Below are positions 41,050-53,090 of a stretch of DNA of 64,000 nucleotides, one piece after another. The number at the start of each line of letters is the position of its first letter. Within the stretch, counting starts at the first letter, position 1. This DNA comes from Octopus vulgaris (lineage: Eukaryota). The notes beneath the pieces were generated by a model that saw only the letters and a program-made list of their open reading frames with translations, did not search any database and was not told where the DNA came from. The DNA is taken from positions 53,816,001-53,880,000 of the forward strand of contig OX597821.1 of the NCBI GenBank assembly GCA_951406725.2, given 5' to 3'. The translations under genes were made by a program, and so were the position numbers.

Positions 41050-41570
41050 ACTTCGACTACCTACCCTCGACAGGGGGAAGGAATTCTGCGACATAGATAG
41101 GTCCACTTACGACAAATTAACAATCAAATATTTCAATGACACCACACTATACCAAAAAGCACACACCACACCTAGTAAGCTTGAACCCAAGATTAACGTC
41201 TGGTGGACCAACATTTGCCACAATAGAAAGCTCTCTGAGATTAGGCTCAATTTCACATATAAAATTATCCACCACCCCTCTTTCTACCGCAATGTGAAAA
41301 CCCACGAACCTGGGTCCAAACTTGCTTCTGTGCAGAATGAGATCACACGAATAATAAACAGATGCAGCGAAGCAACGGACAAAGCTACAGACACCAAGTG
41401 GTTCCTCAGGAACTTAGCCCACAACGGCTATCCACTATCTGCAGCTAAACGACTGCATCCACGAAACACGAAAGTAAGTAAAAAAACATAAGCCAGTCCA
41501 TGACGCCAAGTCGGAAAAGGGCTTCCTTAAACTGCCCTACTTCGACGACACAACTGCAGCTATCTAACAT
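41050..41570 (+). mobile_element. Penelope-like element fragment with RT core deleted
   Basis: HPSFYRNVKTHEPG (PxxYGxPKxHK-like) is joined in frame to KLASVQNEITRIINRCS..FLRNLAHNGYP (thumb), followed by SFLKLPYFDD. Confidence 0.7.
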
Positions 41571-41719
41571 GGAACTCAATATACTGTTGAGAATTGAACT
41601 TATACTTAATAGAGACGAAACAAAATGTTACAAGTTACTGGATCGATGTTGTACCCTTTCTGCAATCCTCTACTATTTTTTTCTCTTGTGAGTGAAATAA
41701 AAACTCACTTTGCATTACC

Positions 41720-43095
41720 GTTTCTCAGAAGCGATTATCATTAAATACTACAATATTACAAACATTATGTTAAATGAAGAAAGAGAATTAAAAGCCTTAG
41801 GCCAAATACAGAATAGATACACAGAAATAATGAGCACACACATAATATAAGATTTAGGAAGAATTATAATGCACGCAGTGGAATTTATTTCAATAAACTA
41901 GGCTAAATGCCTAAAATTAGGTTATAGTTATAGCTACTATAGTTGTCTTATTGTAACTTTGAGGTAAAGAAATTATCAACACTACACGAAAAAATATCAC
42001 TATGATTCCAATACATTGCCTAATAAGTGACTCCGAAACATTATTTTTACCATAATAAAGGAAGGTAAAAACATCGTGTGATTAGAGAATTATTATAAAA
42101 TATCTGCTCTACTAGAATATCAAATAAAGAATACAGGAAAATATTGCAGAAACCTTTTAAAATTGAACCATACAAAAATGTTTTCCATCTTCAGTGATGT
42201 CAATAGATATGAAACAGAAGCTGATATAGATGAAATGTACAAGGAGGGTGCAAAAACATTAAGAGAATTCATTTTCAAAAAGTTTCAATAAAAATCAAAC
42301 TGCAAAATATCATAAGATTTTCAAAAAAAAAAAACCCACCGATAATGGTCAATATTTTACAGAAATAGAAAGCAGAATTGTATACTATATACAATACCAT
42401 GTCAGAAGAGGTTTCGTTGATATCACAAGTCTTTTCCACCAGTAACTAACAAAACATGATAAAGTCTATTATACGGAGTTGCTTCAGAATAGGTTTGTGT
42501 AGTGAAGAAACAATCAACATTATTGTTTCTGACAACTTAGTCTCAGATATAACTAGATATGTCAAGATTAATTGGAAGATTCAAGCAATGGAAAATATGT
42601 AAGAATTATGCAATATCAGAAAATACAGAGAAAAGAAAATGAAAGCTATCATCGTTGTTCTTGAATTATCAACATCGTGAAGATACTCTAAAAGATATCG
42701 ATTTATATGGACCAGACCATTTAGAACAAACCGCTGAGATATTTTACAAATAAAAACAACAAATAAAGAAGCTTTCAATGTTTCACCTCCTACCAACATC
42801 AATATGTATGTAAAAGAAGTTAAAAATCTATAGAAATTTGTGAATCTGGAACTAGAAATATGGTGGAATTCAAAGCACTATTAATAAAAGACGACTAGCA
42901 TGATAAAACTAAAACAACTAGAAACAAATAGATATAAAAACTTATCCACCAACAAATATCACAGCTAGACATTCAACACAAATTGTGTTGGGTGCTCACT
43001 ATACAGCAGCCACAATCACAACACAACATACTTTCCAAGTACAGGATGCTGGTATTCGGTGAATGTGCGCAATAATAACATGACTAGTAAAAGGA
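41720..43095 (+). mobile_element. Possible very old RLE-type (R4/Dong-like) LINE remnant
   Basis: A-rich strand bias typical of LINE sense strands; near 42985-43090 a CxxC..HNILSKYRML..*HD pattern resembling the CCHC/RHD motif. Weak. Confidence 0.3.
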
Positions 43096-43342
43096 TTACA
43101 CGCTAAGGCTTCTGTCGGTCAAGGTGGACTATATATCTGAGATCTGTAGATGAAAATTTTCTCTCCAAGACACAGGCCTGTACAGTTTTCCTTCCTTTTC
43201 GTATGCAAGACCATTAATTGCAACCAAACTCCTCTATCCACGCTGCCGATGTTGTCCATGGAAAAGATAAGAGCCTTATAAAGGTTGACACCAATGTTGT
43301 CATATGTGAACTCGGAAAACAATGAGCCAGCACAAATACCAC

Positions 43343-43465
43343 TTTATTTTATCGAACTTGAAAGGATGAAAAACATAGATGATCTGGCCGTGCTTTGAAC
43401 ATATTACGTAAGAACGAGAACAATACCGCAATTCATTTATTCATGGCTCATAACGTTTCTACCAA
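43343..43465 (-). mobile_element. SINE family B (degenerate)
   Basis: ttttatcgaacttgaaaggatgaaaaacatagatgatctggccgtgctttgaac. Confidence 0.55.
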
Positions 43466-45469
43466 TCAAATACATAATTCTCTTATTAATAATTATCATT
43501 ACACCTCAAATCTGAGACCTCACTATGTACAGTCCAACACCAGATTATAAAAGAGGACGTTTTTAGAAAATGGTGCGGTTGATCATACTACTCAATTCTC
43601 CTTGAACTCAGGAAACAAAACTAGACTGCTAAGTATCTTTTTGTTGACACTCATAATAAACCAATAAATGATCATTGAAACTGAATTACATTTTAAACAC
43701 AGAAAAATGTGGAACTAACACGATAACAACTTTGGAATTATTAATAGTATCTTTGACGAATATTATACTCATGCATGTTTGTTCAAAAAAGCTATATCAA
43801 ATATAGAAAATAAATGTAATTACGTCATTATCTGTGTGGGCTGACACACTAATGTACTAAGGTGTAAAAAAATAAAATCGAGGGAATGTTGAGGGTCTTT
43901 GTCACTAAAATTGTACCGAGATCTTCCGTGTTTGTATATGAGAATGTCGATGTTGCAATATACGTATTACTAGAACGCAGACTGCCAACTCACATATACA
44001 CAAGCTTAAGCATTATTATGCTCATTATATTGTATCTTCAAGCAACAACAGTATTCTTCTATATGACTTTGTCGTAAACCGTAGTGGAAAACAACTATTA
44101 CCTCCTCTAGTTCACAGTTGATTAGGTAGCGTTAAGAAGAGCATCCAACTGTAAATAACACCCCCTTCTAAAACTGCTCATGCACGATATCGAAATTCGT
44201 GGAACCATCTAGCTTCAGGTTTAAAAAAGACAGATGGAGAAAATCATAAATAGATAACACACAAGAAATATCCTAACTTAATTCTGATATCTCAATTTGT
44301 TATTTTATATACGAAAAAATACAGAAAAAGAACAAATGAAAAGAAGCTTGATTTTTATTCTTCTAAACAACTTTATTGTGGTCTAATCATAGAAACTTAT
44401 GAATGTTAAACAACTAACGTCTATATTAACATATTTATAGGAATTTCTCATGACATTTCAGTGGTTCTCTTTTATGCTTTTGCATCAAATTACTAACTGT
44501 AGCCATACATTATATTTATTCATATTCTTGCTTCTTATAGTATGTAAATATATACAGAACTATTATGAGGTTATAAGAATAAGTGTGTGTGTGTGTGTGT
44601 AAAATTATATTATATTATATATATATATATATATATATGACGACAAAAATATGGAGATAACTGTAAAGCTATAAATTAACGATTTACTATAAAATACTTT
44701 GATCCGAAAATAAGTATGAGTGCAGCATTATTATAGAAACGGAGGAATTTACTAACAAAAATATGAATAACCAACTATTTTCTATTCTGGATTATTTTGC
44801 TTACATTGCATATTACTTTTCGATGGTTATATTTATGGTTCAGATAGATGTATACGTTATAACTTAACCTATTCTAACTTTTATATCCAATATATCGAAC
44901 ATTGATTTGTATACCACCAGCTTCTTGAGCTTAGGTTAAATCAGAGCGAATGCCACAGCGGGAAATAAACAAAATATCTCATAAGGCTGCTTTGAAGTTT
45001 GTTACCTGTTTTTCATTTTCTGAATCTGAAGGAAATGGAAGAGCATATAAACCTTGAAGACCCTAAAAAACTGGAAAGATTGATGCTGGTAATTTTCCAC
45101 TGCAGCTCAACAGGTGCAGTAGAGATATGAGAGAGTGGACGAGATTCCATTGGGCCAATCAGTCCTTAGAACTGATTATAATAATTAGAACGGGGAAAAG
45201 GCGTTAGACACAACAAGGCTGTCTAGAAATGGATGGAGGGTGAGTGACCCGGAGGCACGGACCAACCAACCCCGAAGAACAGATGTTATAGTGGCGATAG
45301 AAAAGATAGAGAAATGACAGCACATCCACAGGCCAGAGATTAGAATGTGTCCGTTAGTCATAAAACATAACTCAGCCGAGTGGCCCTTTTGTGGATGCGT
45401 TCCTGGATGTCATTTTGAGTAACAGTAGCACCATCTCTGGTATGGGGAAAAGTCCTCCATTGTGGGCTT

Positions 45470-47025
45470 CGCTTAAGCCTTGTAGAGTGTCAGTAGCGAT
45501 TTGGGGCTGAAATATTTTCTGACACGAAACAGGACTAGTCTGCGGGATGCAGCTCTCATTATGCTAATGACCTACATTCGCCAGGAAACATCCTCGGTCA
45601 TAGTACGAATCAGTAGGTGATAGCAGGGGCAAAAATTAACCGTGATAAGTCAGTCGGCTTGTAACTCGGCAGCTGGAGAGGCAAGTCGATGCCGTCAAAG
45701 AGCGGTTAAAATGCTAGGGGGTTGCTTCTGTCCAGACCTCCAGATAGAGAATAATTGGAGCGAGGTTACGAGCAGGGTAGCCCTCCTAACTCAGACCTGG
45801 TCTGAGCGGTGGCTAACCCTGAAAGGGAGGGAGGATGTCACAAATGTGTCCATCGCATCCGTGATTACCTACCGTCTAACCGTCGTGCCTTGTCTCGATT
45901 TGTAGCTAAGCAAGATGGAACGATTGTTCTTTCGCTTTTTGTGGAAGGGCAGGTGTCTACTTGTAAGGCACTCTATCTGCTGCCAACAGCCGCTAAAGGG
46001 TGGACTAGGAATGCCAGGACTAATGATGCGCAGACATGCACTGAGGCTGAATCATCTTTGCCTCTGCCTGGATTGTGGACAGGTGTGGTCTCCGTTCGTC
46101 AAACTGATTCTTCTTCGATTCACTACTTTCGGTGAATTGGAACCGTGGATGAAACGTAAACCCAAGTTGGAAGCGTGGCAGGACGAATGTCAGTAGGCAC
46201 TCGCGCCTCTCTGCCGGACGCGTAATGCCCGTGGCGAGGGTTCCACCTGATTATTCCATAAAAGATTGGTAGAGGCCAAGTATGACAATGACCTGAGGGA
46301 ACCCTAGGCATCGATGAAGGTCAGCTTGCTGGTTTGTTCCGAACGACATTCGTGCCTTTGAACAACTTCCAAAGGTCTTTGGCTTGATAGTGTTACCGAG
46401 GAGCCATGCCTAGCGAGATAAATTCGCTAGGCACGGTTATTCATGCCAGCCCAGTTGCCCAAGATGCGAACAGAGCAGTGAAACTGTTGTGCACGCTATT
46501 GTGCAATGTTCGAAACTATCGAAGTTGTGAGTTTATGTCGAACACCTGCTGATACGTTTGGGAAGAGTGCAGCTGAGTTCCGAGTCAATTATAAAGATTT
46601 TGCACCACCCTCTCTGAAAGGGCTAGCGAAGGTCTATTTTCTCGCTGTAGTAGTGATTACAAAAGAGGTTGTTTGAAGGTCTCGCATGTGATGAGTAGCG
46701 ACAGGTTGCTAAACATTTTGGTTTTCCATCTCAAAAGAAAAATAAGGCTGGAGAGGAGTCGTCTACCACTAAGTATATACGAGAAAAGGTGGATGAAAGT
46801 AGAATACATGTTGAGTGTGTATGTAGCTTCTTAGGAGGGGATAAAAGGTTTATTTAAATGTTCAGTGGTGGAAAGTGGTCTGTGGAGTCACCTACGCCCA
46901 TCGCTACATCATAGTCATTCGTTGTAATCATCTTTCTCAATTTTTAAAAAATTTAATGTTTATCATTCGGAACGAATCACCTCGACCCCTTATGTGTGCG
47001 ACACTTATGGTCAATTAAAATCAAT
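45470..47025 (+). mobile_element. L1/Tx1-clade LINE, 3' half of ORF2 and 3' UTR (pseudogenised)
   Basis: YANDL (YADD), GAKINRDKS, WSERWLTLKGR..ITYRLTVVP, LFFRFLWKG..PLKGGLGMP, zinc finger CPRCEQSSETVVHAIVQC. Confidence 0.9.
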
Positions 47026-47029
47026 TCGA

Positions 47030-48340
47030 AATTTCTCACTTTTTGAGTTCGGACGTGGTGTTTCAAAGTTCCAAGGTTGGTAAGCTTAATTGCTTATCTC
47101 ACGTTTTGAGTTTGTAAATTTGTTGTTGTGTTTTTAAAAACACCTTGTTTCTCCCGCGCGTGCCGAATTGTCGTCGTTGTCGCCCCTTACTTGAGGGAGG
47201 GAAACGTTTGACAGTTATCATGAAGACTAATTTCAAGAAGACTGGCTCTTCTGACATGGATTCGTCGGAGAGCGAGCTCGTAGAATGCGTGAACAGCATG
47301 AAGGAGGAACTGCGGAAGAAAAAGGCGGCGTGTGAAAAGAATAGCTTTGCAGCTGCAGCCGGTTTAGAAAGGAAAAATTTGGGAGCAAATTAAACAAATA
47401 CAGAACAATGTTGTATTGGGAGGAACATGTTGTATAGAGAGGGGCATGTTGTATAGGTGAGATTGTCCCCTCCCGGTGAAGTGGCTCAGAGTGTAACCAG
47501 GAAAACGGTAACATTCAAAAGTTTTAACAGAAAGAAAAAGCCAACAACGTGTCTGAAAGAAGAGAAATCGGCTCCCATCTGGTCAGATATAACTTACCTG
47601 GCCAGGGGTTCCAATTTCGCAAAGCGGAAGTAAGGTTTTCCGCTGAAGAGAAGGCCAGGTAACAGTCCATAACCTCGTTAGCAACAAAGAATATAATCCT
47701 CCTACCTTCTCAACTTGGAAGACGGGCTTCCAGGATGATGGCGGAGGAGATACCAACGGAGGTGGATGTTACCTTGCTGATTGCAGCTATAGTATTGGCC
47801 TAGAGGAGAAAGTAACAATTCTCCACGCCGCGAGAGTACCAGCACGGAACTACATGGAGCAAGGCCTGGAAATGGTCATCCAGGCTGCCCCCGAAGTCTT
47901 GGACACGATAGTGGAAACCATTGTGGTCGGTGAAAAAAAGTTGAGGTTTATGGTGGAGGGCAGAAAGCCCCGGTGTTTTAAGAGCGGCCAGATGGTCCAC
48001 ATAAGAGCTGAATGACCTCCCTCCCTTGCTAAGGTTCTAGAGGCTCAACCAGTGGAAACCGTGTTTCCAACCAGTGTGGCACGACATGCGATGGAAATAC
48101 AAATTGAACAAGATCCATGTGAACAAGAAGAAGCAGTAAAAGAATGGACTGCCGGAACAAAATAAAGGAAACAAAGGATGAGACAACATACCAGTGACAA
48201 AGATCCCCAACACGATTCCACCCCATCCCCACCCTGCCCCTGCACCATCAAACGCTGACCCTGTTCCTACCCCTACAAAACAACGAGAAAGCAGACACGA
48301 ACTGAACCCCCGCTTCTCCAACAACTCCCACCCTATGAAA
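47030..48340 (+). mobile_element. L1/Tx1-type 5' UTR and gag-like ORF1 (pseudogenised)
   Basis: 5' cactttttgagttcggacgtgg; ATG at 47220; ..FMVEGRKPRCFK(S/C)GQMVHIRAE(*) is a CCHC zinc knuckle; Pro-rich region follows. Confidence 0.75.
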
Positions 48341-49021
48341 ATAGTTATATTGTAATATTCTGTAGGTCGAGGACGTGATGAAACTAAAACATATTTCACA
48401 GTTACACGGGTCTAGCGTGTCTTTTGCCGTTCAGTGTATACCCACATTATAAAAGGAAATTGAGGTAATACAATCCCAGATTCTTCGTAGCTATAATGTG
48501 TGGCTATAACACTTACTACAGCTATGCATTTTGTTAACTTTCAGGTTTTTCTTAATTCCTGTAGCAGCGATGCTGAGAATAATGTCGAAAATCCTCATAA
48601 GTATCGAAAATCATCATATCGACAGGAAATTGTTCTAATTTGCATAATGATATTTGACGATTCTTATTGATTTAGTAATGATTAAATAATACGCTAGCGC
48701 ACCATGAATATTAAAGCAATTGTTTCGTTAAGCTATAGTTAGAAATTTATAGATTTATTAATGTATTTTATTTAAAACATTATTGAAAAATTACAATATA
48801 TACTGATAAATATATTACTTAATTAAAATACATATTTTTAAACAGTATTTTATTAGCAGAATTTTATGTTTTAAATATAGTATTCTTTCCTATGCATACT
48901 AAATTATATGAAATTCGAGTATTCAAAGCACTAGATATTTCGTAGTGGTTGGTTTACTGGAAATCAATATGCAAATTAACTCATACTGAAATAAGAATTT
49001 TACCTATTTATTACAGTTGAA

Positions 49022-49330
49022 GTGGAGGCGCAATGGCGCAGTTGTTAGGGCAGCAGACTCGCGGTCGGAGGATCGCGGTTTCGATTCCTAGACCGGGCGT
49101 TGTGTATGTTTATTGAGCGAAAACACCTAAAGCTCCACGAGGCTCCGGTAGGGGTGGTGAAGACCCCTTTTATATTCTTTCGCCCCAACTTTCTCTCACT
49201 CTCTCTTCCTATTTCTTGAGTAACGCTGTGATGGACTGGCGTCCCGTCCTGCTGGGGGAACACATACGCCACAGAAACCGGGAAACCGGGCCCATGAGCC
49301 TGGTTAGGTTTGAAAAGGGCGCACAAAAAC
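49022..49330 (+). mobile_element. SINE family C, tRNA-derived, with 12-bp TSD
   Basis: A box tggcgcagttgttag, B box gtttcgattcc; TSD attacagttgaa at 49010-49021 and 49331-49342. Confidence 0.9.
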
Positions 49331-49776
49331 ATTACAGTTGAAAGCGATTCATTTTAAGTAACACAACCGGAAGGTAGTTGAAACCTAACCAAGACTAAAT
49401 GAAGTCCAAACCCCGAGTTGTTCAGTGGATATGAAATGTCACACGGGTTTTCTTGACAAAGTTATACGTTCTAATGAAACGTGATTAAAGATGAAATTTC
49501 TCTGTGGTTATTCAATCTCATGAAAACAAAATCCAGAATTGCCTCAGATTCCTCAAAAACGCGCATACAATACACATACTTAAATTTATTCATGGTCCTA
49601 CATGGTCACAGTGCCTCAGCAAAGTACGTCTTTGCTTAACTTTATCAGAAAAGAAATATCTTTTTTTTTTTTTGTCACTGACTTTTTGAGCGAATATACA
49701 CTCTTCTGAAATCATGGAGCCAATATTGTAAGAATATGAATACCTTTATTTCATTTCTCTCTTTATCTGTCCTTAA

Positions 49777-50333
49777 AGCGACGAGCTGGCAGAATTGTTA
49801 GCATATCGGGCGAGATAGTATTGGCCTAGAGGTGAAAGTAACAATCCTCCACGCCGCGAGAGTACCAGCACGGAACTACATGGAGCAAGGCTTGGAAATG
49901 GTCATCCAGGCTGCCCCGAAGTCTTGGACACGATATTGGAAACCATTGTGGTCGGTGAAAAAAGTTGAGGCTTATGGTGGAGGGCAGAAAGCCCCGGTGT
50001 TTTAAGTGCGGCCAGATGGTCCACATAAGAGCTGAATGACCTCCCTCCCTTGCTAAGGTTCTAGAGGCTCAACCAGTGGAAACCGTGTTTCCACCCAGTG
50101 TGGCACGACATGCAATGGAAATACAAATTGAACAAGATCCATGTGAACAAGAAGAAGCAGTAAAAGAATGGACTGCCGGAACAAAATAAAGTTCAAATTT
50201 CGCCGAGTTCGACTTTGCCTTTTATCCTTTCGGGGTTGATGAAAAGAGTACCAGTCAAACAGTGGGGTTGATGTAATCGACTGTCTCCTTCCCGAAAAAT
50301 TTTCGAGCCTTGTGCCTATAGTAGAAAAGATTA
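49777..50333 (+). mobile_element. SINE family B interrupted by a templated insert
   Basis: Head 49777-49814, insert 49815-50191, SINE resumes at gttcaaatttcgccgag. Confidence 0.85.
49815..50191 (+). repeat. ~377-bp near-identical copy of 47789-48167 (ORF1 zinc-knuckle region)
   Basis: atagtattggcctagagg...ccggaacaaaataaag at both sites, with scattered differences. Confidence 0.95.
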
Positions 50334-51769
50334 TATTTCTCGGTCCTTAATTCTGATATCCAATTTGGGAATTACAATAATGCCGAAGTTTGAAACATAT
50401 CTATATACATATGAAAACATCAGATAGTAGTGTTATGTTTAATAAACTCTATTATACACATATCGATCGATCGCGTGTGGGAAACTGTACAATTGGTTGT
50501 GATGTGTTCAAGAGGAAGAAAATGTATGCTTCAAAATACGGGGTAGTAGTAGAATTGAAATTCATGAAAGAATGGGAAGAATTGTAGTAAATACTACAAA
50601 CTAAAATTCAAGGAACGTATATTGTGCGCGAGGGTGTTTACTGTTTGAAATAGTAGAGGTGTATGTGGGCGTATGTACTTGTAAGTTTACAAACGGAAAG
50701 GTGGTGAAGAGGCTGGCGAAATAAGATTTTTAAAAAAAGTTATAAATGAAAAGGAAAGATAAAGATAGATATAAACAAGATAGATATAAACAAAATGAAT
50801 ATAATGGGAATATATTGGTGGTTTAATTGGTGTCCGACCTGCAACTTTTACTGATGGTTCATGTCCTTCTTGAGTAATTCTATGTTGGTGTCCCTTAATC
50901 TGTTACCAGTAGCCATTGTAGATTCTCCTTTCTTCCTAAATGTTGTGGTTTGACTGGTTTTTAAATTTCGTTGAACCAACAGTAATATTCTTTAAAATTT
51001 CTGATGTTATTCAGACTTCTTTGAATAGTCTGGACTATGATTGACCATTGCATTTAGACATAGATCTGCAGTAGATTAAATCAACATAAGGCTCTAACAA
51101 CGGCTAGCTATAGTGCATTGTTCTCTTATCCCTTGTAATCCATTAAAAGCAGAGTGATTTCCCTTTTAACTTCGGTCTCTTTTCTAAGCACCTAATATCC
51201 TCTCTACAGACTCGCAATAGTTGCAGAGACAAGAAGATGTTTGTCCTATCATAGGTGACAGAAAACACTAATAGATTAAGTAAAATATTGACAGCTAATT
51301 GAGGAATACGGCTGCTGCTTTAGAGAAATGATCATACCGGATCAGCATAAGAATTAAACCTGAAAGACATTACAGTAAATGACCTACTGATGCTTTTGTG
51401 GATTAGGGTCTTCGTCAGTGAAAGTGGTGGACCATACCTCTACACGTGTTAAAGAAGGCCCGGGCAAGATATTTGATACTTTTAGGAAGACTAGCAGTTG
51501 TCCGTGCATGCAAGGTGTTCCACACTACCAATGTTTATTCAAGAGAGATGCCATGGACTTAAATTGATGCATCTTGATACATCTATCATCTCAGGGATTG
51601 CTATCAGAATGCAAAGAACCGGATCTGATACCGCAAGATATCACGACCGATCCTCTAATAGTTTAAACCAAGTTTTTTACTCTGAAAGGATGAAAGGCAG
51701 CTGGACTCACATCGCAGAAATGGAACAAATGCAGAAAAGAACGGATATTTGTCCTCATCTTGTTTGTTG

Positions 51770-51817
51770 TTAACACGTTTCGATTGATATACCCTCCAGC
51801 CTTCTTCAGGTGTGTCG
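51770..51817 (-). ncRNA. Degenerate pLTR hammerhead
   Basis: Reverse complement gacacac CTGAAGA aggctg gagggtatat caatc GAAAC gtgtt; stem III and the cleavage triplet are collapsed. Confidence 0.55.
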
Positions 51818-52129
51818 CGAAAATTCCTAAGGTATTTTTCGATGTTGTTATTATTTTTATTTTTATTATTATTATTATTGTTGTTGTTGTTGTTCCGGTC
51901 ACTGCTTAGAATCGAACTCGGAATCTTGGTGTTAGTAGCCCGCGCTCTTAACCACTACGCCATATGCCCGTAGGCAATTATGAATTTTAGGGCTTATAAA
52001 TCTAATATTTTTCATTGTGGATTGCATGGATGACTTTATTGAGGTCACATGATCTAACAGCAGTTGGACATCTTCCTGGTGGGGCCAAAGTATAAAGGTG
52101 TCATCAACATATAACTATAGTGTTGGTTT

Positions 52130-52925
52130 TAGTTATGTTGATCCTAAAACCATGGAAAAGGAAAAAGACAATCAGCTGGCATGTCTGGACACACCAAGTA
52201 TGGATTCAAGACATCCGTATACTGCAAGCCGACCTTTACTGGACGATACTTCAACTTCAATTCCCACCATCCATACAGTGTAAAGAGAGGGATTGCTCAG
52301 TGCCTAAAACATCGTATAAAGAATATAAGTAGCGATCGTGATACACACCACAAAGAAATGATCAAGCTCAATAACGATCTGTTAAGCAACAACTACCTCA
52401 AAAGTATACTATCCACTCCAATTATGAAGAAGAGAGAGGATGAGGCCAATAAACTGTCCACAGTCTGTCTACCCTATGTGAAAGGCCTCTCCGAAAATGT
52501 TACAAAAGATATGCGGCCCATATGACATCAGGACAGTATTCAAGAGTAATACAACACTTCTCAAATATCTCCTTCGGGTAAAACCTCCAATAGAAGAGAA
52601 TATGATCAAAGACTGTGTGTACTCCATCCCATGCAGCTGTGGTAGGTTATACAAAGGCGAAACATACCGCCTCATCAAAATAAGGGTAGACGAACATCGC
52701 AAAGCTGTGACACGAGGAGATATTGATAAATCGGGTATAGTTGATCATGTAATAAAAAATGGAGACCACCTCCCCCTGTGAGATGAAGTTAAAATAATAG
52801 ACAGAGAAAATACGAAAACTAAAAGAAGCAGCACATATGCTAGGACACAACAACCTCCTAAGCAGACCGAGTGCAGATATGAACAGCATATGGTAACCAG
52901 TATTAAGGAAGGATAGAGAAATATT
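52130..52925 (+). pseudogene. Penelope RT thumb + GIY-YIG endonuclease remnant
   Basis: MEKEKDNQLACLD / FKTSVYCKPTFTGRYFNFNSHHPYSVKRGI / LPYVKGLSE / VYSIPCSCGRLYKGETYRLIKIRVDEH / KLKEAAH; frameshifted. Confidence 0.9.
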
Positions 52926-52954
52926 AGATTTCTAAGTCATAAAATTCACTCCAT

Positions 52955-53021
52955 TGGCGTAGTGGTTAACAGCGCGGACTACTAAACCCAAGATTCCGAG
53001 TTCGATTCCAAGCAGTGACCT
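52955..53021 (+). promoter_or_regulatory. tRNA-derived Pol III promoter (A/B box) inside the Penelope pLTR; inverted copy at ~51896-51962
   Basis: A box tggcgtagtggttaa and B box gagttcgattcc with tRNA-like spacing; followed by (AAT)n in both pLTRs. Confidence 0.75.
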
Positions 53022-53029
53022 GAATAATG

Positions 53030-53090
<61 letters not shown>

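Noticed and set aside
51365-51425. Minus-strand CTGACGA with gacc/ggtc stem
   Set aside because: GAAA is absent after stem II.
52955-53021. Functional tRNA gene
   Set aside because: No acceptor stem pairing and embedded in a pLTR; treated as a tRNA-derived promoter. The same applies to the SINE heads.
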